Source of the DNA: Macrostomum lignano
Lineage: Eukaryota
Assembly (NCBI GenBank): GCA_002269645.1
Contig: NIVC01001937.1
Coordinates: 62,001-126,000, forward strand
Direction: 5' to 3'
Length of the DNA: 64,000 nucleotides
This document shows positions 34,119 to 47,667 of the stretch, in pieces (the first letter of the stretch is position 1; each line of letters opens with the position of its first letter). The translations under genes were made by a program, and so were the position numbers. Under the pieces are notes generated by a model. It was not told the DNA's origin. It saw only the letters and a program-made list of their open reading frames with translations, and did no database searches.

Positions 34119-36397
34119 TTAGTCCCTGTTGGCCTGTAGTCCACCAATAAGGGAGCTTAGAGCTCGATCCTTGTCTGGACCGCAAACAACTTCTCCGTCG
34201 TCTCCGTCGTCAAGTAGGTCATCGCCAACTTCAATGTCCGCAGCCGCAACAGGAGAAGGACTCGTTTCTTGTGATTGGCTACTCTCTTCTAGGTACTTTT
34301 TCTCGTTGCCCCAAAAGTACTGATTAAGGATTTGATCGCTTAGCTTTATCACTTCTTTATCTTCAATCTTCTGCATTGCCTCAATCTTTTTTAGGCCATC
34401 CAACTTTTCGATGCTTGTTTTCAAAAGTTCAAAGTTAAGATCCGGCCGGTTCTTATATTTTGCTGCGAACAATAGATGGCGCAGGCAGAGAAGAGCACAA
34501 CGTGTCGCTTCCAATTCAGGCAAGCTTAGAGAGGCCAGAAGTCCCTCCAAACATTCTTCCGTGATCCGCTTGCTCTGAGGAGAATTTTTATATGGGATTG
34601 AAAAGATCGGCGTTCGTACGGCACCTTTTTCAGAAGCGACAGATCAACAGCCGATAAAAATACAAAGATACAAAGGCACTATCACAACTGAATATTATCA
34701 ATATCAACTTACAAACTTGTGCGCTCTGGACAGCATGAAGTCCGGAATGATCCAGAAGGCTTCTCGTCTCTCTAGGTCACTGATGCCAGCTCCGCTGCCG
34801 CCGCCGCCGGAAGCCTCGGCAGCATCTTCAGGGTCATCGGTCTGCGGTCTCCGGCCAGCCAGGATTTCGTTTAAAGCAGTCAAGCAGCCGGCCTGGGCAG
34901 CGGCCTCCAGCTGCGCGTCCGGCCCGCAGGCAGTGCAGCCAAGCAGCAGCAGAGCCTGGCGACGCAGCTTGGCGTCCCGGTGGCCGAGCAGGCGTCGGAC
35001 AGCCGGGAACACGGTCAGCAGCTTGGCGGGCACAACCTGCAAGCAGGCGGCTGCGCAACACAGAAGCCGCAGCGTCGGCATAAGAAGAGAGTCGTCGCTG
35101 CTTTCCAGAAAGCCGAGTACGCAATCGACGGCGTCGGTCTCGCGCAGCAGAAGGCGGGCTCGAGGCTCGCTGCCCTCCACGGCGTAGGACAGCGCCCACA
35201 GCAGGTTGGGCACCACAGAATCGTACGGATGGCTCAGTAGGCGCGTGACATGCGGCATCAGCAGCTGGGCGTACTCAAACTTAAGTCGAGGTCGCCGGTC
35301 GCGAAATAGATTCACCAACAGCAACGATGAGGCGTCCAGCAGCCCGTTGCCGGGGTCGGATTCCCACAGATTAATGAGGGCTGGCAGGAGGCCACCGCCG
35401 CTGCCGCTGCCATCATCGGCAAGGATCAGCTGATCGCGCCAGGCTGGGGACTCGCCGGCCACGTTGGCAAGGGCCCAGCAGGCCTGGTGCATGGTTGAAT
35501 AGGGTGCGGTGCATTTTTAAATCATGCAGATCTGCATACCCGTCTGAATATTGACTCAAATTTTACATATTGCTCGTAGAAACAAGTAAGACGTTTAGTC
35601 TTTAAGTTTTGGTCATTTCATTCGGGATCTAATTGATTTGTAGTCAGAAACTTCAGCTTTATTGAACTGGTTTTTTCTTGACTTACATGATTATGTATGT
35701 GTTATTTAATGAAATGCATTGCAGTTTTGTCCAGAACGGTATATAATATCGAGGTCTACATCTAGGTTCAAATAGATTCTGATATTCTGATATTCACCTG
35801 CTCGCGAAGTCTCTCAGTGGGTGCACACTGGAGCATCCGAATCAGCCGGCTACCCAAGCCGCTGCTCGTCACCAGGTCGGCGGGCCTCGCTCCGCTGCCA
35901 GCCAGCAGGTTGGTGAGCGCCCAAGCGGACTCGAACTGCAACTCCTGGTCGGCGCTGGTACCCAGGTTCGCCACCAGAGCGGCCAGAGCCGGCGATGTCA
36001 GCAGTCGCGAGTAGCCTGGCGCCTCGTGCCTGTCGGAGATGCGGCTGCGGAGACTCCGCGCGCCCAGGAGGCGGTCCCGGCGACTCTCGCTGGTCAGCAG
36101 GCCGGCCAGCTCGTCCAGATCGTCCGGTTCGCCCTGTTCGGCGCCTTCTTCTACGTCGTCGCTGTCCTCGTCCAAGTCGCTGCTGCCGCCCGATGCCGCG
36201 TCTTCATCCTCGTTGCCAGCTTCAGCGTCACCTGTTGTGTCTTTGATCTCTTTCTCACTGCCGACACCTTCTCCCGCAGGGAGCGCCGCCTGCGCAGTGA
36301 CGTCCTCCGCTGTTATTTCCTGCTTGATGACAGCCTGCGGCTGCTGCAGCTCCAGCTTCATCAGCCGCTGCGCGATGGAATTTGGATCTCCGGCCAT
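34119..36397 (-). CDS. Divergent importin-alpha (karyopherin-alpha)-like ARM-repeat protein lacking an IBB domain, 608 aa; exons 36397-35798, 35483-34713, 34574-34119
   Basis: ARM motifs ELQFESAWALTNL, LREQ|ACWALANVAGES and NLLWALSY match importin-alpha. Both introns are phase-0 GT-AG. The N-terminus is acidic rather than basic. Confidence 0.85.
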
Positions 36398-36914
36398 TGT
36401 TTTAGCTGCCTTTATCTAATAAAAAATTGTAGCCGATATCGATAGTTCTAATGCACGGGAAGTGAAAACTGCAAACAGAAACTGTTCGCGTCTTGCTTCA
36501 AGTTGGGCTCGTATGATATTGATTGAAGTCCGGGCCTCGCGCTGTCAGGCTTACTTTTGCCAAAGACTAAAAAGCTTAACAACATAAATTTGCTTGTGCG
36601 AGATGCACAAAATATGTCTCCTAAAGCAGGCCTATAGTCGTCTCCGCAAGTATGTTAAGATTTACTGTGTAAAATCTTTGATGATAGAATTCCATATACT
36701 GTAAAAATTATAATCTAAAAACGATGTATCTCCGTTATTTAATAGATGTACTTCGAAAGCAGGATTGAAGAATAGATTTTCACCTTGTGGATTCTTGCTA
36801 ACATGTAGTTTTATATCGCACTAGTCTGATTTACAATTAAATTATTGAACAGAAATATTATTCAGTTTGATTTCAGTACTGGAATGCCAGTCTCAAGAGT
36901 AGCAGCAAAGTGTT

Positions 36915-38335
36915 AGGAGAGGAGGTGAAATGTCAGGAGAGGAGGTGAAATGTCAGAAGAGGCAATGAAGTGTCAGAAGAGACGGTGAAGTATCAGGGGA
37001 GCAGTGAAGTGTCAGAAGAGTCGTTGAAGTGTCAGGAGAGGCGAAGAAGTGTCAGAAGAGACAGTGAAGTATCAGGGGAGGCAGTGAAGTGTCAGGAGAG
37101 AGTGAAGTGTCAGGAGAGACGGTGAAGTATCAGGGGAGCAGTGAAGTGTCAGGAGAGGCGGTGAAGTGTCAGGAGAGACGGTGAAGTGTCAGGAGAGGCG
37201 GTGAAGTGTCAGAAGAGGCAGTGAAGTGTCAGGAGAGAGTGAAGTGTCAGGAGAGACGGTGAAGTATCAGGGGAGCAGTGAAGTGTCAGGAGAGGCGGTG
37301 AAGTGTCAGGAGAGGCGGTGAAGTGTCAGAAGAGGCAGTGAAGTGTCAGGAGAGGCGGTGAAGTGTCAGAAGAGACAGTGAAGTGTCAGAAGAGACAGTG
37401 AAGTATCAGGGGAGGCAGTGAAGTATCAGAAGAGGTGGTGAAGTGTCAGGAGAGGCAGTGAAGTGTCAGAAAAGGCAATGAAGTGTCAGAAAAGGCAATG
37501 AAGTGTCAGCAGAGGCGGTGAAGTGTCAGGTGAGACGGCGAATTGTCAGGAGAGGCAGTGAAGTGTCAGGAGAGGCGGTGAAGTGTCAGAAGAGACAGTG
37601 AAGTATCAGGGGAGGCAGTGAAGTATCAGGAGAGACAGTGAAGTGTCAGGAGAGGCAGTGAAGTGTCAGGAGAGGCGGTGAAGTGTCAGAAGAGGCAGTG
37701 AAGTGTCAGGAGAGGCGGTAAAGTGTCAGGAGAGACAGTGAAGTGTCAGGAAAGGCAGTGAAATGTCAGGAGAGACAGTGAAGTGTCAGGAAAGGCAGTG
37801 AAATGTCAGGAGAGACAGTGAAGTGTCAGGAAAGGCAGTGAAATGTCAGGAGAGACAGTGAAGTGTCAGGAAAGGCAGTGAAATGTCAGGAGAGACAGTG
37901 AAGTGTCAGGAAAGGCAGTGAAGTGTCAGGAGAGACAGTGAAGTGTCAGAAGAGACAGTGAAGTGTCAGGAGAGGGGGTGAAGTGTCAGTGAAGTATCAG
38001 TGAAGAGACAGTGAAGTATCAGGAGAGGCGGTAAAGTGTCAGGAGATGCAGTGAAGTGTCAGAAAAGGCAATGAAGTGTCAGGAGAGGCGGTGAAGTGTC
38101 AGGAGAGGCGGTGAAGTGTCAGGTGAGACGGTGAAGTGTCAGGAGAGGCGGTGAAGTGCCAGGAGAGGCGGTCAAGTGTCAGGAGAGGCGCTGAAGTGTC
38201 AGAAAAGGCTATGAAGTGTCAGGAGAGACAGTGAAGTGTCAGGAGAGGCGAAGAAGTGTCAGAAGAGACAGTGAAGTATCAGGAGAGGCAATGAAGTGTG
38301 AGGTGAGACGGTGAAGTATCGGGGGAAGCAGTAAA
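36915..38335. repeat. 20-bp minisatellite (gtgaagtgtcaggagaggca), ~70 copies
   Basis: Tandem array starting ~520 bp upstream of the importin-alpha-like ATG. Confidence 0.97.
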
Positions 38336-39021
38336 GCTAGACCATACAGCATTAATATTCTGTGATAATTAAGAAAAAATTGTCACGAATAATTTCGAAA
38401 CAACAAATGAGACACGAGAAGATCCCAGATAAATGTAGTATGCTAATTCTGAGTAAACAAACAATAAAGCGAAATGTCTCAGCTTTGGTGCCATGCAACA
38501 CTAGTTTTATTGGTATCTGAGGCTGTCAGTAAAGTATATTATAATGTATAGGACGTAGAAATGAATAAATGTATTAGTTTAACATTAGCACAATAGGCAA
38601 AATTTTAAACCTTTTGAAGATACAAAAAACTTGAATTTTAAAGCCCGGAATAGCCGTACAAATAATATTGTAAAGCACAATGCAATTTAACCTAATTACA
38701 TCCAATATTAAAGTTTAATACACACAGCCTATCAATATGTACACAGACAGGGGTATGCAAAAGCTAAGCATTGAATCATCACAGCTCCCTAATTGTAGAG
38801 CCCGCGAACATGGCGGATGCTAAATGGAATGTGCCACTTTGTTAAAGTATTTAGGGTTTAGGAAAAACGTGCGGAATATCCCGAAGTTGCAGACTTAACG
38901 GCCTATTCTTAAAGCAAAAACCTGTTCGCACAGATCATGACGGGAGATTTACAGTCTGACATAAAACTCCATGATTCACTGATAGCAGCAATAAATCATA
39001 AGCGCAAGTATCAAAAATCAG

Positions 39022-40752
39022 TCAGAGAAGTCGCAGGCGGCTGCCAGTGAGCAGCCACAGCGTCAAGGACGTCAGCAGCTGCAGCGTCGTGAAGCCACCG
39101 CCGCCACCAGACGGAGACCCGGCATTGCAGGCGTCGGAGCTGCAGGTGTACACGCAGGCCCGGTAGATGCGGTCGTGGTCGGGGAACGGCAGGTACTGGC
39201 ATTGGTTGCCCATGTCCATGCTGGAGCAGAATCTGGTGGTCCCCACCACGGCTGGAATGAGACCCAAAATATCCATGCTATTCTTCTCGATCCACACTAG
39301 CTACTAACAGTAACCACCACACTAGCTACTAACAGTAACCACCACACTAGCTACTAACAGTAGCCACCACACTAGCTACTAACAGTAGCCACCACACTAG
39401 CTACTAACAGTAGCCACCACACTAGCTACTAACAGTAGCCACCACACTAGCTACTAAAAGTAGCCACCACACTAGCTACTAACAGTAGCCACCACACTAG
39501 CTACTAACAGTAGCCAGCACACTAGCTACTAACAGTAGCCACCACACTAGCTACTAAAAGTAGCCACCCACCACACCACATTAGCTACTAACAGTAGCCA
39601 CCACACCACATTAGCTACTAACAGTAGCCACCACACTAGATACTAACAGTAGACACCACACTGCCTACTAACAGTAGCCACCACACTAGCTACTAACAGT
39701 AACCACCAGCTAGTGTAACCACCACACTAGCTACTAACAGTAGCCACCACACTAGCTACTAACAGTAACCACCACACTAGCTACTAACAGTAGCCACCAC
39801 ACCACACTAGCTACTAACAGTAGCCACCACACTAGCCACACTAGCTACTAACAGTAGCCACCACACTAGCTACTAACAGTAGCCACCATACTATCTACTA
39901 ACAGTAGCCACCACACTAGTAGCCACCACACTAGCTACCAACAGTAGCCACCACACTAGCTACTAACAGTAGCCACCACACTAGCCACACTAGCTACTAA
40001 CAGTAGCCACCACACTAGCTACTAACAGTAGCCACCATACTATCTACTAACAGTAGCCACCACACTAGTAGCCACCACACTAGCTACCAACAGTAGCCAC
40101 CACACTAGCTACTAACAGTAGCCACCACACTAGCTACTAACAGTAGCCACCACACTAGTAGCCACCACACTAGCTACCAACAGTAGCCACCACACTAGCT
40201 ACTAACAGCAGCCACCACACTAGCTACTAACAGTAGCCACCACACTATTAGCCACCACACTAGCTACCAACAGTAGCCACCACACTAGCTACTAACAGCA
40301 GCCACCACACTAGCTACTAACAGTAGCCACCACACTAGTAGCCACCACACTAGCTACCAACAGCAGCCACCACACTAGCTACCAACAGTAGCCACCACAC
40401 TAGCTACTAACAGTAGCCACCACACTAGTAGCCACCACACTTGCTACCAACAGTAGCCACCACACTAGCTACTAACAGTAGCCACCACACTACCTACTAA
40501 CAGTAGCGCAAACAATCAAAGTTCAACTGTAGTGAAACACTTACCACCCCAAACTCCTGTTGTCTTTATGCAGAACTTGCCATCTGCAACATCACAATCC
40601 ATGGGTACAATTGATCTGCTGTTGTAGTTGAACTCTTCAAGACAGTCAGACTGGATTGTGGAGTTGCACAGGTAGCACTTGATGGCTAAGCATGGGCTTA
40701 GGACTGAGGACAATATGAAGCATATGATAGCAGCCTGCAGAAATAGACTCAT
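39022..40752 (-). CDS. Ly6/uPAR three-finger protein, copy 2, 145 aa; exons 40752-40545, 39251-39022
   Basis: Near-identical paralogue of 31027-32390 with the same exon sizes (208+230 nt). Confidence 0.92.
39293..40505. repeat. 25-bp minisatellite in the Ly6 copy 2 intron
   Basis: Same unit as 31303-32145; array longer here. Confidence 0.97.
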
Positions 40753-43659
40753 TTTGAGAATCTCATGCATAAAAAGGTTTTTACACTAGTATAAGAGTTT
40801 TAAAGCCAAAATAGAAATATTAAAAGTTAATAACAATATTATATTAGAAAGTGCTATAAATATCTATTGTATATATATTCTAAATTTTTCAACCATTTTG
40901 TAGGGGGCCGATGAACATTGATTAACAAATGCAATAGCCAAGAGAAATATATTTTTGATAATAGTAGAAAAATACTTGAATATATAACTGATAAAAATAT
41001 GTTATATTTTTAATAAAATCCTTAAATTAAATTAAAATTATCATTAAAAAAATAATCCTATATTAAATTTTATAAATTTTCCTGTATTAATTCCTGTATT
41101 TCCTGTATCCTGTTTCATATATCCTGTATTAATTTTAATTTGAAGTTTTTAAATGTACTAAAATAAATGCTATGAAGTTTAGGATTGAAATTCACACACT
41201 AGATACTTTTACTATTTCTTAAATAGTAGTGAAAATTGATAAAATAAACATTTAGACATACGCTTGTAGCATATAAATGTTGGTGTTTATAACATACTAG
41301 GGTTTTAATAAGGTATAAATAAATATAAATATGAATACATAATGCTGTAATTAAAAGATAAAAATTATATAACAAAGAGACTTAATTATAATATTTGGAT
41401 CAATGTTCTTAAAATTCTGATTGTTTAAGGTAATTTTCTAAATTGTTTTCCATTATCTTATTTTTAAATTCACTCAACATTAAATTACTGATTGCTTAAT
41501 CTTTCACTATATTATTAGCAACACTTAAGCAATTCTAATTATCTTTTAGCTCCTAATACTTATAGAGCAATGGCAATCCATTTTCAAGAAAGCCCAGTAA
41601 ATATACTATGGCCAACATGTTTTGTTTGTTTTTAATGGTTTTTACAAGAAAAGCTAGCTTTTGTTGAAAAATCTAATACACCACATTGAAAACGTTATTC
41701 CTTTAAGTGTCAGAAGCTGATTTATGTAGAGAAAGTTTAGATGTAAATAATCTTTTTAAGATAATCAGTCAAATACCACGACGAGGCAATATACTACAAA
41801 AAAACGGGAAGAAAAGAAACGTTAAATTAGTGCCTTTCTGCACAAAAATCTGAAATGTCATCTTTGTTTACTAATATGAAAAACTAAAACTTTTTAAAGC
41901 TTTAAAATACTAAATTTTTGCAGAAGTAAACAGTTTATAAGGCTAAAAACTTTTTGGTAATGCATAAGATGTGTTATTCCTTTGTCTGAAAAGCTTTAAA
42001 ATTAATATGGACGCAAGATTCTCGGAAAATGTAAAAATAATAGACGTGATGCCGTGCCGATAACCGGAGTTTACTTTAGTCTAGTCTAAATCTGAACCCT
42101 TCTGAATTAGAAGATTCGTTTCCAACTTTTTATATAGTTAATTTTTTCTGCATACGATAACACCTTTTCGTCAACTTATTGCTCTTTTTACCTCATGTTG
42201 TTATTGTTGATAAGCCTTAGTAAAAAGAGTACGAGTATTATTAGTATGGGCTAGCCACTAAGCCTAAAGCCTAGGCCTATAGACCTAATTAAGAAGAATA
42301 TAGTCCAGAAAGAAGAATAATTATAAACCAAAGAAGAATCATTTACACCAGTTCAAACTTAAGGATATTTAAATTCCTTTTAACATAACAACTTTCTATT
42401 AAGGAATTTTAAAGGCTAGCTTTAGGCCTGCCTACTGAACTGATTTTTTATTTTTGTAGACCTGGGCTTTAGCCTTTGATTTATTCATAATCATATAGCC
42501 TATATTAGTTAATTATTTTTTTTGGTTTTAATATATGATTTATGCTTAATTTTTTAGCTACTTAATTAAGAATACTAGATTAGGTAGGCTACTACTTTTG
42601 TAAGCCACAATGTATATATTTTATCTCTTTATTTATAAAACATAGGTTTACACTTTAACATTTAACATTCTACATTTTACCTTTTTATTTTTTTATAGAT
42701 GAGGTCATTAATAATGTTTTAAATTTAATATTTATTATTTTATCTCTTTATTTGTATATTTTATTTTATTTATTTTTTCTTTGTTTATTAAATATTTATT
42801 TGGCAAATCGACTTTTGGCAAATTGACTTGCTTTCTTTAATTAGCTACCTTTTGTACTTAGCCTTAAATAAATTTTATAATGTAGGCCTATTTAAAATAT
42901 TTTTATTTACGTATAAATCTAGTATTAATTGATTGGCGCATGACCAAGACCGCCACACACCAAGACTGCCACAGCTCTTACTGGCTACTGGGATTGAGGG
43001 GGAGCTACTAATCTTCCAGCATTGCTATTGGTTGTGATGGGTTGTGGAGTTAGATGAGGAGGAAGCGTCCCAAGATTGGTCACGAATAAGTGGCCCAAAA
43101 TGATTGCAAGTCAACCAGGGCAATTTTAACAATATCTTTAACAAAACCACAATTTGTTACTTTTAGCAGAAGATGAGCATGAATAATGCTTTTGATAGCA
43201 AAAGCTTGAGTAATTAGATTTAACTTCACTTTCAAAAAAGCGCCTCTCAAAATGCAATTGCAGGTTGCTGTAATTTGAAAAGTTTTTTACGAGCTCGCAC
43301 ATTCGTATATTCGGCGGCATCTGGGTGCGTAGTGCATTTTGGACAAACAAATCTAAGCGTCTTGATATGTGCTATGGTATGTGGATTTAGAGGTGCCATT
43401 CATTTTGACGAAGGTTTACATGTATTTTGACGAAAGCAAGTTAACAACTATCGTTCACTCACATAACAGAAAAAGCGCATCTTAGGCCCAATGCCTATGA
43501 TATGTTACATGTCTGGAAATGTACGAGCACGAGCACTGTGTGTATTTTAATGTGTACTCAAAGCCGGGAATTTCGGAGAAAGCAAAGGGAGGGGATGAGA
43601 GTAAATTTACATGCACATGTAATGAGAGAATATATGGAGAGGGGTTAGGAGATCTCGAT

Positions 43660-43780
43660 CTCTCTCACTCTCACTCTCTCTGTCTCACTCATTTCACACC
43701 CACTCCCACACTGACACACTCTCTCACTCTCACTCTCTTACTCACTCACTCACTCACTCACTCACTCACTCACTCTCTCG
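43660..43780. repeat. (CT)n/(CACT)n microsatellite
   Basis: Direct inspection. Confidence 0.9.
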
Positions 43781-44931
43781 CTTTTAATTCATTTCTTAAT
43801 TTCAGGCACTATAATAAATAACAGCATTTTTCACACATTTGATCTTCTGCCTCTGATTTTTAAATGCAAATATCCTTTACTCTCGCGCACTGCGGCAACT
43901 TTGCACAGGTACAGTGTGAACTACATGTACATGCATTTTTTCAAAGGGTACTAATCAATAAATACTGATTCTGACAATTCTGACATCTCTTCAAAATATA
44001 CCAAACTTCTTGATACATTTAATGTAATAAATGTAATACAAAGATGCACGTATGTGCATATGAGTGCAAGGTACATGTACATGTACACGTTATCCAATCT
44101 ATCTGTGACGTTTTTTCTAGCCGATCAGGAATTATCAATAGTAGTCAAATTTTTGCAGCTGAAATCACATTCAGCGTTATGCGAAAAGGAAATATTTGCG
44201 AAATCAAAAAGCCATTTTTAAAGCACTGCAAACTGTGGTCTAAGCCTTGCCGCTCGCAAATATTGCGATGCGATGCGCTCCGTTTATATTTCGGGAGTCC
44301 ATGTGGTGGAGATGCTTGAATTAGGTGAAAAATCTGCAAACTTGAAGATATCAGTGGATAGGGCAGATCAAAGGGAGATTTGCGAACAAATTGTTAGAAA
44401 ACAATGGTTGCATACTTTTGCAAAATGCTTGCATTCATCTGTTAGTACAGTTGTAGCTAGTATCGGACATGCGAAATATGCAAAATACCATAAGATCGGA
44501 CCAATGGCACAATCATTTTTTATTTTAGATAGACTTCTTTTAGTCCCATCAAAGTTTGCATGTACTTCTGAGGTCATGACCTCATGCTCATGCTGTACTT
44601 GGCAGATCCAGGTTTTCACTCCAGGGACCTCGCTTGGTTGCACTATTACACATGGGAACACCAACTGCAATATAGATGCCACGCCAACATAACATACGCT
44701 CGTACGTTGCTCAGAATTTAATTGAATTCAATCTGATCACACTATATTGAATACCCGCAGCTATTTTGGAATATTTGATAGCTATATCTCTAATGCCGGC
44801 CCCTCGTAAAAAATCTGTTACTATCCAAATCTTTTTTGTGCCCGCCCTCCTTTTGAACTCAGTACATTAATTGGAACTCATAGTTATATATACAAACAGT
44901 TTTTTTAAGCTCGACTCGAGTCCATGCAGTT

Positions 44932-45054
44932 CAAGGGTTGCACCCAGAGGGGGAGGGGTCAAGGGAGGAAAATTCCGGGGTCTGCCCCCTCTTGCCAGTG
45001 CCACCTCTCTTCGTAACAACCCCCCCCCCCTAAAATTTTTTGAGTGCGCCCCTC
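44932..45054. mobile_element. Possible short G/C-tract MITE nested in the MULE
   Basis: Imperfect inverted ends (caagggttgcaccc / gagtgcgcccct) around poly-G and poly-C tracts; no TSD verified. Confidence 0.35.
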
Positions 45055-45652
45055 GTTCTGTTCAAGATTTATGGCTTGGTATTTTAAAAATGCACGGCCG
45101 TTGCATGTAGCCTATAAGCGATGAATTTCAGAACCTATAAGAGATAACAAGTTAAGTACAGCTGTTTTTGTTACTATACAATCTATTCGTGGTAACTGGG
45201 TGGAGAGTATTTGCTTCCTGTCTTGATTTAATAAGAACCCTGAGACAGTTGGCTAACCAAGCCAGCTGTCAATGCATTCATTCTAAAAAAGTGATAAATT
45301 TTTGTTACCTTGCCTGACAATATGCTATTGCTGGAGTAGCTAATTTATGATAGTGTTATGCAAAGCTGGAAAAGAAGTCGCTTTGATTTAAACTATCAGA
45401 AGGAGAGACAAAGATGTAGTAGAGAGGGATCACAAACAGAGATGGGGTTGTGTATTGAAATTAAATTTGAACTTTTTTGCCCAAGCTATTCTGTGCGCAG
45501 TTTAAACAGTGATTATACAATCTAGTAGTTCTACCTCATTAGTACATGCAGATATAGTAATTTTAGCATATTATTAGAGATTTAGTATATTTAGACTAGA
45601 GCGCTATGGACAAGCAAACATACAAATCTTAGAGATTTAGTATATTTAGATT

Positions 45653-46243
45653 TTAAGAAAATTGGTCAACAGTTTTGTTGCAACGGTAGTAAGTGTTGCC
45701 GTTTCGCCGGCTCTTGACATGCATCAAGCAGCCAAGATCACGCCTGACGTACTGCACCAGCAAGTCTTTGCCGTGGCTGAATCCAGCACCTGGAAAATGC
45801 TCAAAAGCCTGCGGAGGTGGGCTACGAGGTGGCGCCAACTCTGCTGGAGGCTCGTAAATTGATTCTTCGAGCACAGGTTCAGCGTCAGCGAAATCGGGAT
45901 ACTGAAATAAAAACCTCTCTTCCACTTCTACATGAGGGACTGGAAGCAATGGCTCCTCTTGGTCAATAGGCTCACCACCTGGTCCTGATCCTGGAAAGGT
46001 TAGCGGCACAGTAGCTGCTGGGGCAGCTGAGGGTGCAGATGAAGGCATACCTGTAGTTGGCCTAAGGCATCGGTTGCACAGCCAGAAAAACTTGCATACA
46101 CGTTTCATCGCAGCGTACTGCTCCGGTGTAATGCGACTGTTACACGCACGATGCTGCCATTCGCTACACTGCGAGCACTCAATAGCTTCCTCTCCATTGA
46201 CAACAGGCTGTACACACACTACACATGGGTATGCACCTGCCAT
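45653..46243 (-). CDS. PHD-finger ORF with the start of a FLYWCH-like zinc finger (transposon-borne, truncated)
   Basis: C4HC3 pattern CVVC..CSQC..WQHRAC..FWLCNRC, then GKDLLV...YYRC. Lies inside the TIR-bounded element. Confidence 0.7.
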   Translation of the reverse strand: MAGAYPCVVCVQPVVNGEEAIECSQCSEWQHRACNSRITPEQYAAMKRVCKFFWLCNRCLRPTTGMPSSAPSAAPAATVPLTFPGSGPGGEPIDQEEPLLPVPHVEVEERFLFQYPDFADAEPVLEESIYEPPAELAPPRSPPPQAFEHFPGAGFSHGKDLLVQYVRRDLGCLMHVKSRRNGNTYYRCNKTVDQFS

Positions 46244-46546
46244 TTTAATGATATTTCTTGATCAAAAACTATTTAAGCTCCGATATCAGATAATCAGTTT
46301 TTATTGTATAGATATGCTATTCTAATACAATTATAGATAAACAGAAAATTCAAATTCGGGGTGTATCAGTGGAGGATAACTGCTATTTGATGAGCGCCCA
46401 GCCAATCAGAGTTCTGGCATTTTTGGAAGAGCGATCAATCCACTGCCAAAAATGAATTTTATGGTAAAAAATCATTGTTTCTTACCCACTGTTTCACCCA
46501 CTGTTTCACCTACTGTTCCACCCACTGTTTCTCACCTATTGTTTCT

Positions 46547-46860
46547 CGGAGAGTGGATAGAGAGTGAGAGTGGAGAGAGGGTGAGAGTTGAAAGAGAGGC
46601 TGAAAGTGGAGAGAGGGTGAGAGTTGAAAGAGAGGCTGAAAGTGGAGAGAGGGTGAGAGTTGAAAGAGACTGAGAGTAGAGGCTGAGAGTAAAGAGAGGC
46701 TGAAAGTGGAGGGAGGGTGAGAGTAGAGGGAGGGTGAGAGTGGAGAGAGGGTGAGAGTGGAGAGAGGGTGAGAGTGGAGAGAGGGTGAGAGTGGAGGGAG
46801 GGTGAGAGTGGAGAGAGGGTGAGAGTGGAGAGAGGGTGAGAGTGGAGAGAGTGTGAGAGA
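46547..46860. repeat. GA-rich ~17-bp repeat (gagagggtgagagtgga)
   Basis: Tandem purine-rich units. Confidence 0.9.
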
Positions 46861-47007
46861 ATTAAAGAGAGACCTCGAGCAGCAGTGTCGGAAAATATTT
46901 CAAAGTGAAGGGGGGCTATTGTTGGGAGGGCACATTGCACATAATTTCTTTTAATCTAAGGGCACTCAAACTCCTGATGTTAGCTATATCAGTTTGTGAA
47001 ATTGTCC

Positions 47008-47667
47008 TTTCCTCTCCTCTCCTCTCCTCTCCTCTCCTCACCTATTTCCTCTCCTCTCCTCTCCTCACCTATCTTCTCTCCTCTCCTCTCCTCTCCTCTC
47101 CTCTCCTCTCCTCTCCTCACCTATCTCCTCTCCTCTCCTCTCCTCTCCTCTCCTCTCCTCTCCTCTCCTCTCCTCTCCTCTCCTCTCCTCTCCTCTCTCC
47201 TCTCCTCTCCACTCTTCTCTGTTCTCTCCTCTCCTCTCTCTTCTCTTATCATCTCCTCTCCTCTCCTCTTCCCTCTCCTCTCATCTCTCCTCTCTTATCA
47301 TCTCCTCTCCTCTCTTAGCTTGTATCAGCTCTCATCTTCCTTTTCCTCTCCATTCTCTTCTCCCTTCCCTCGTTCTCTCCTCTCTCTTATATCTCGACTC
47401 TCCTCATTCATCTCCCCTCTCCTATTTTATCTCTTTTCTCGTCTACTCTCTTCTCCTTTATTCCTTAGCCTCTCCTTTCTCCTACGCTTGTACTCGTATA
47501 GTTCTCTTCTCTATTCCCTATCCTCTCCCTTCTCTTGCCTGCAATCATCAGGGACTCCTAGGCACGTTTCGCTTAGGGGGCCCGCGGAAGCAGACCCAGA
47601 AGGGCAGTCATTGTGCCACGCTAGGTTCTTAATCTGGCCCTTGAGGTAAAAAGTTTGCTGACCCCTG
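47008..47667 (+). mobile_element. Charlie-type MITE 3' part with (CTCCT)n expansion (47008-47530)
   Basis: Ends ATCTGGCCCTTGAGGTAAAAAGTTTGCTGACCCCTG (TIR), followed by CACTAAAA. Left TIR not found. Confidence 0.65.
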
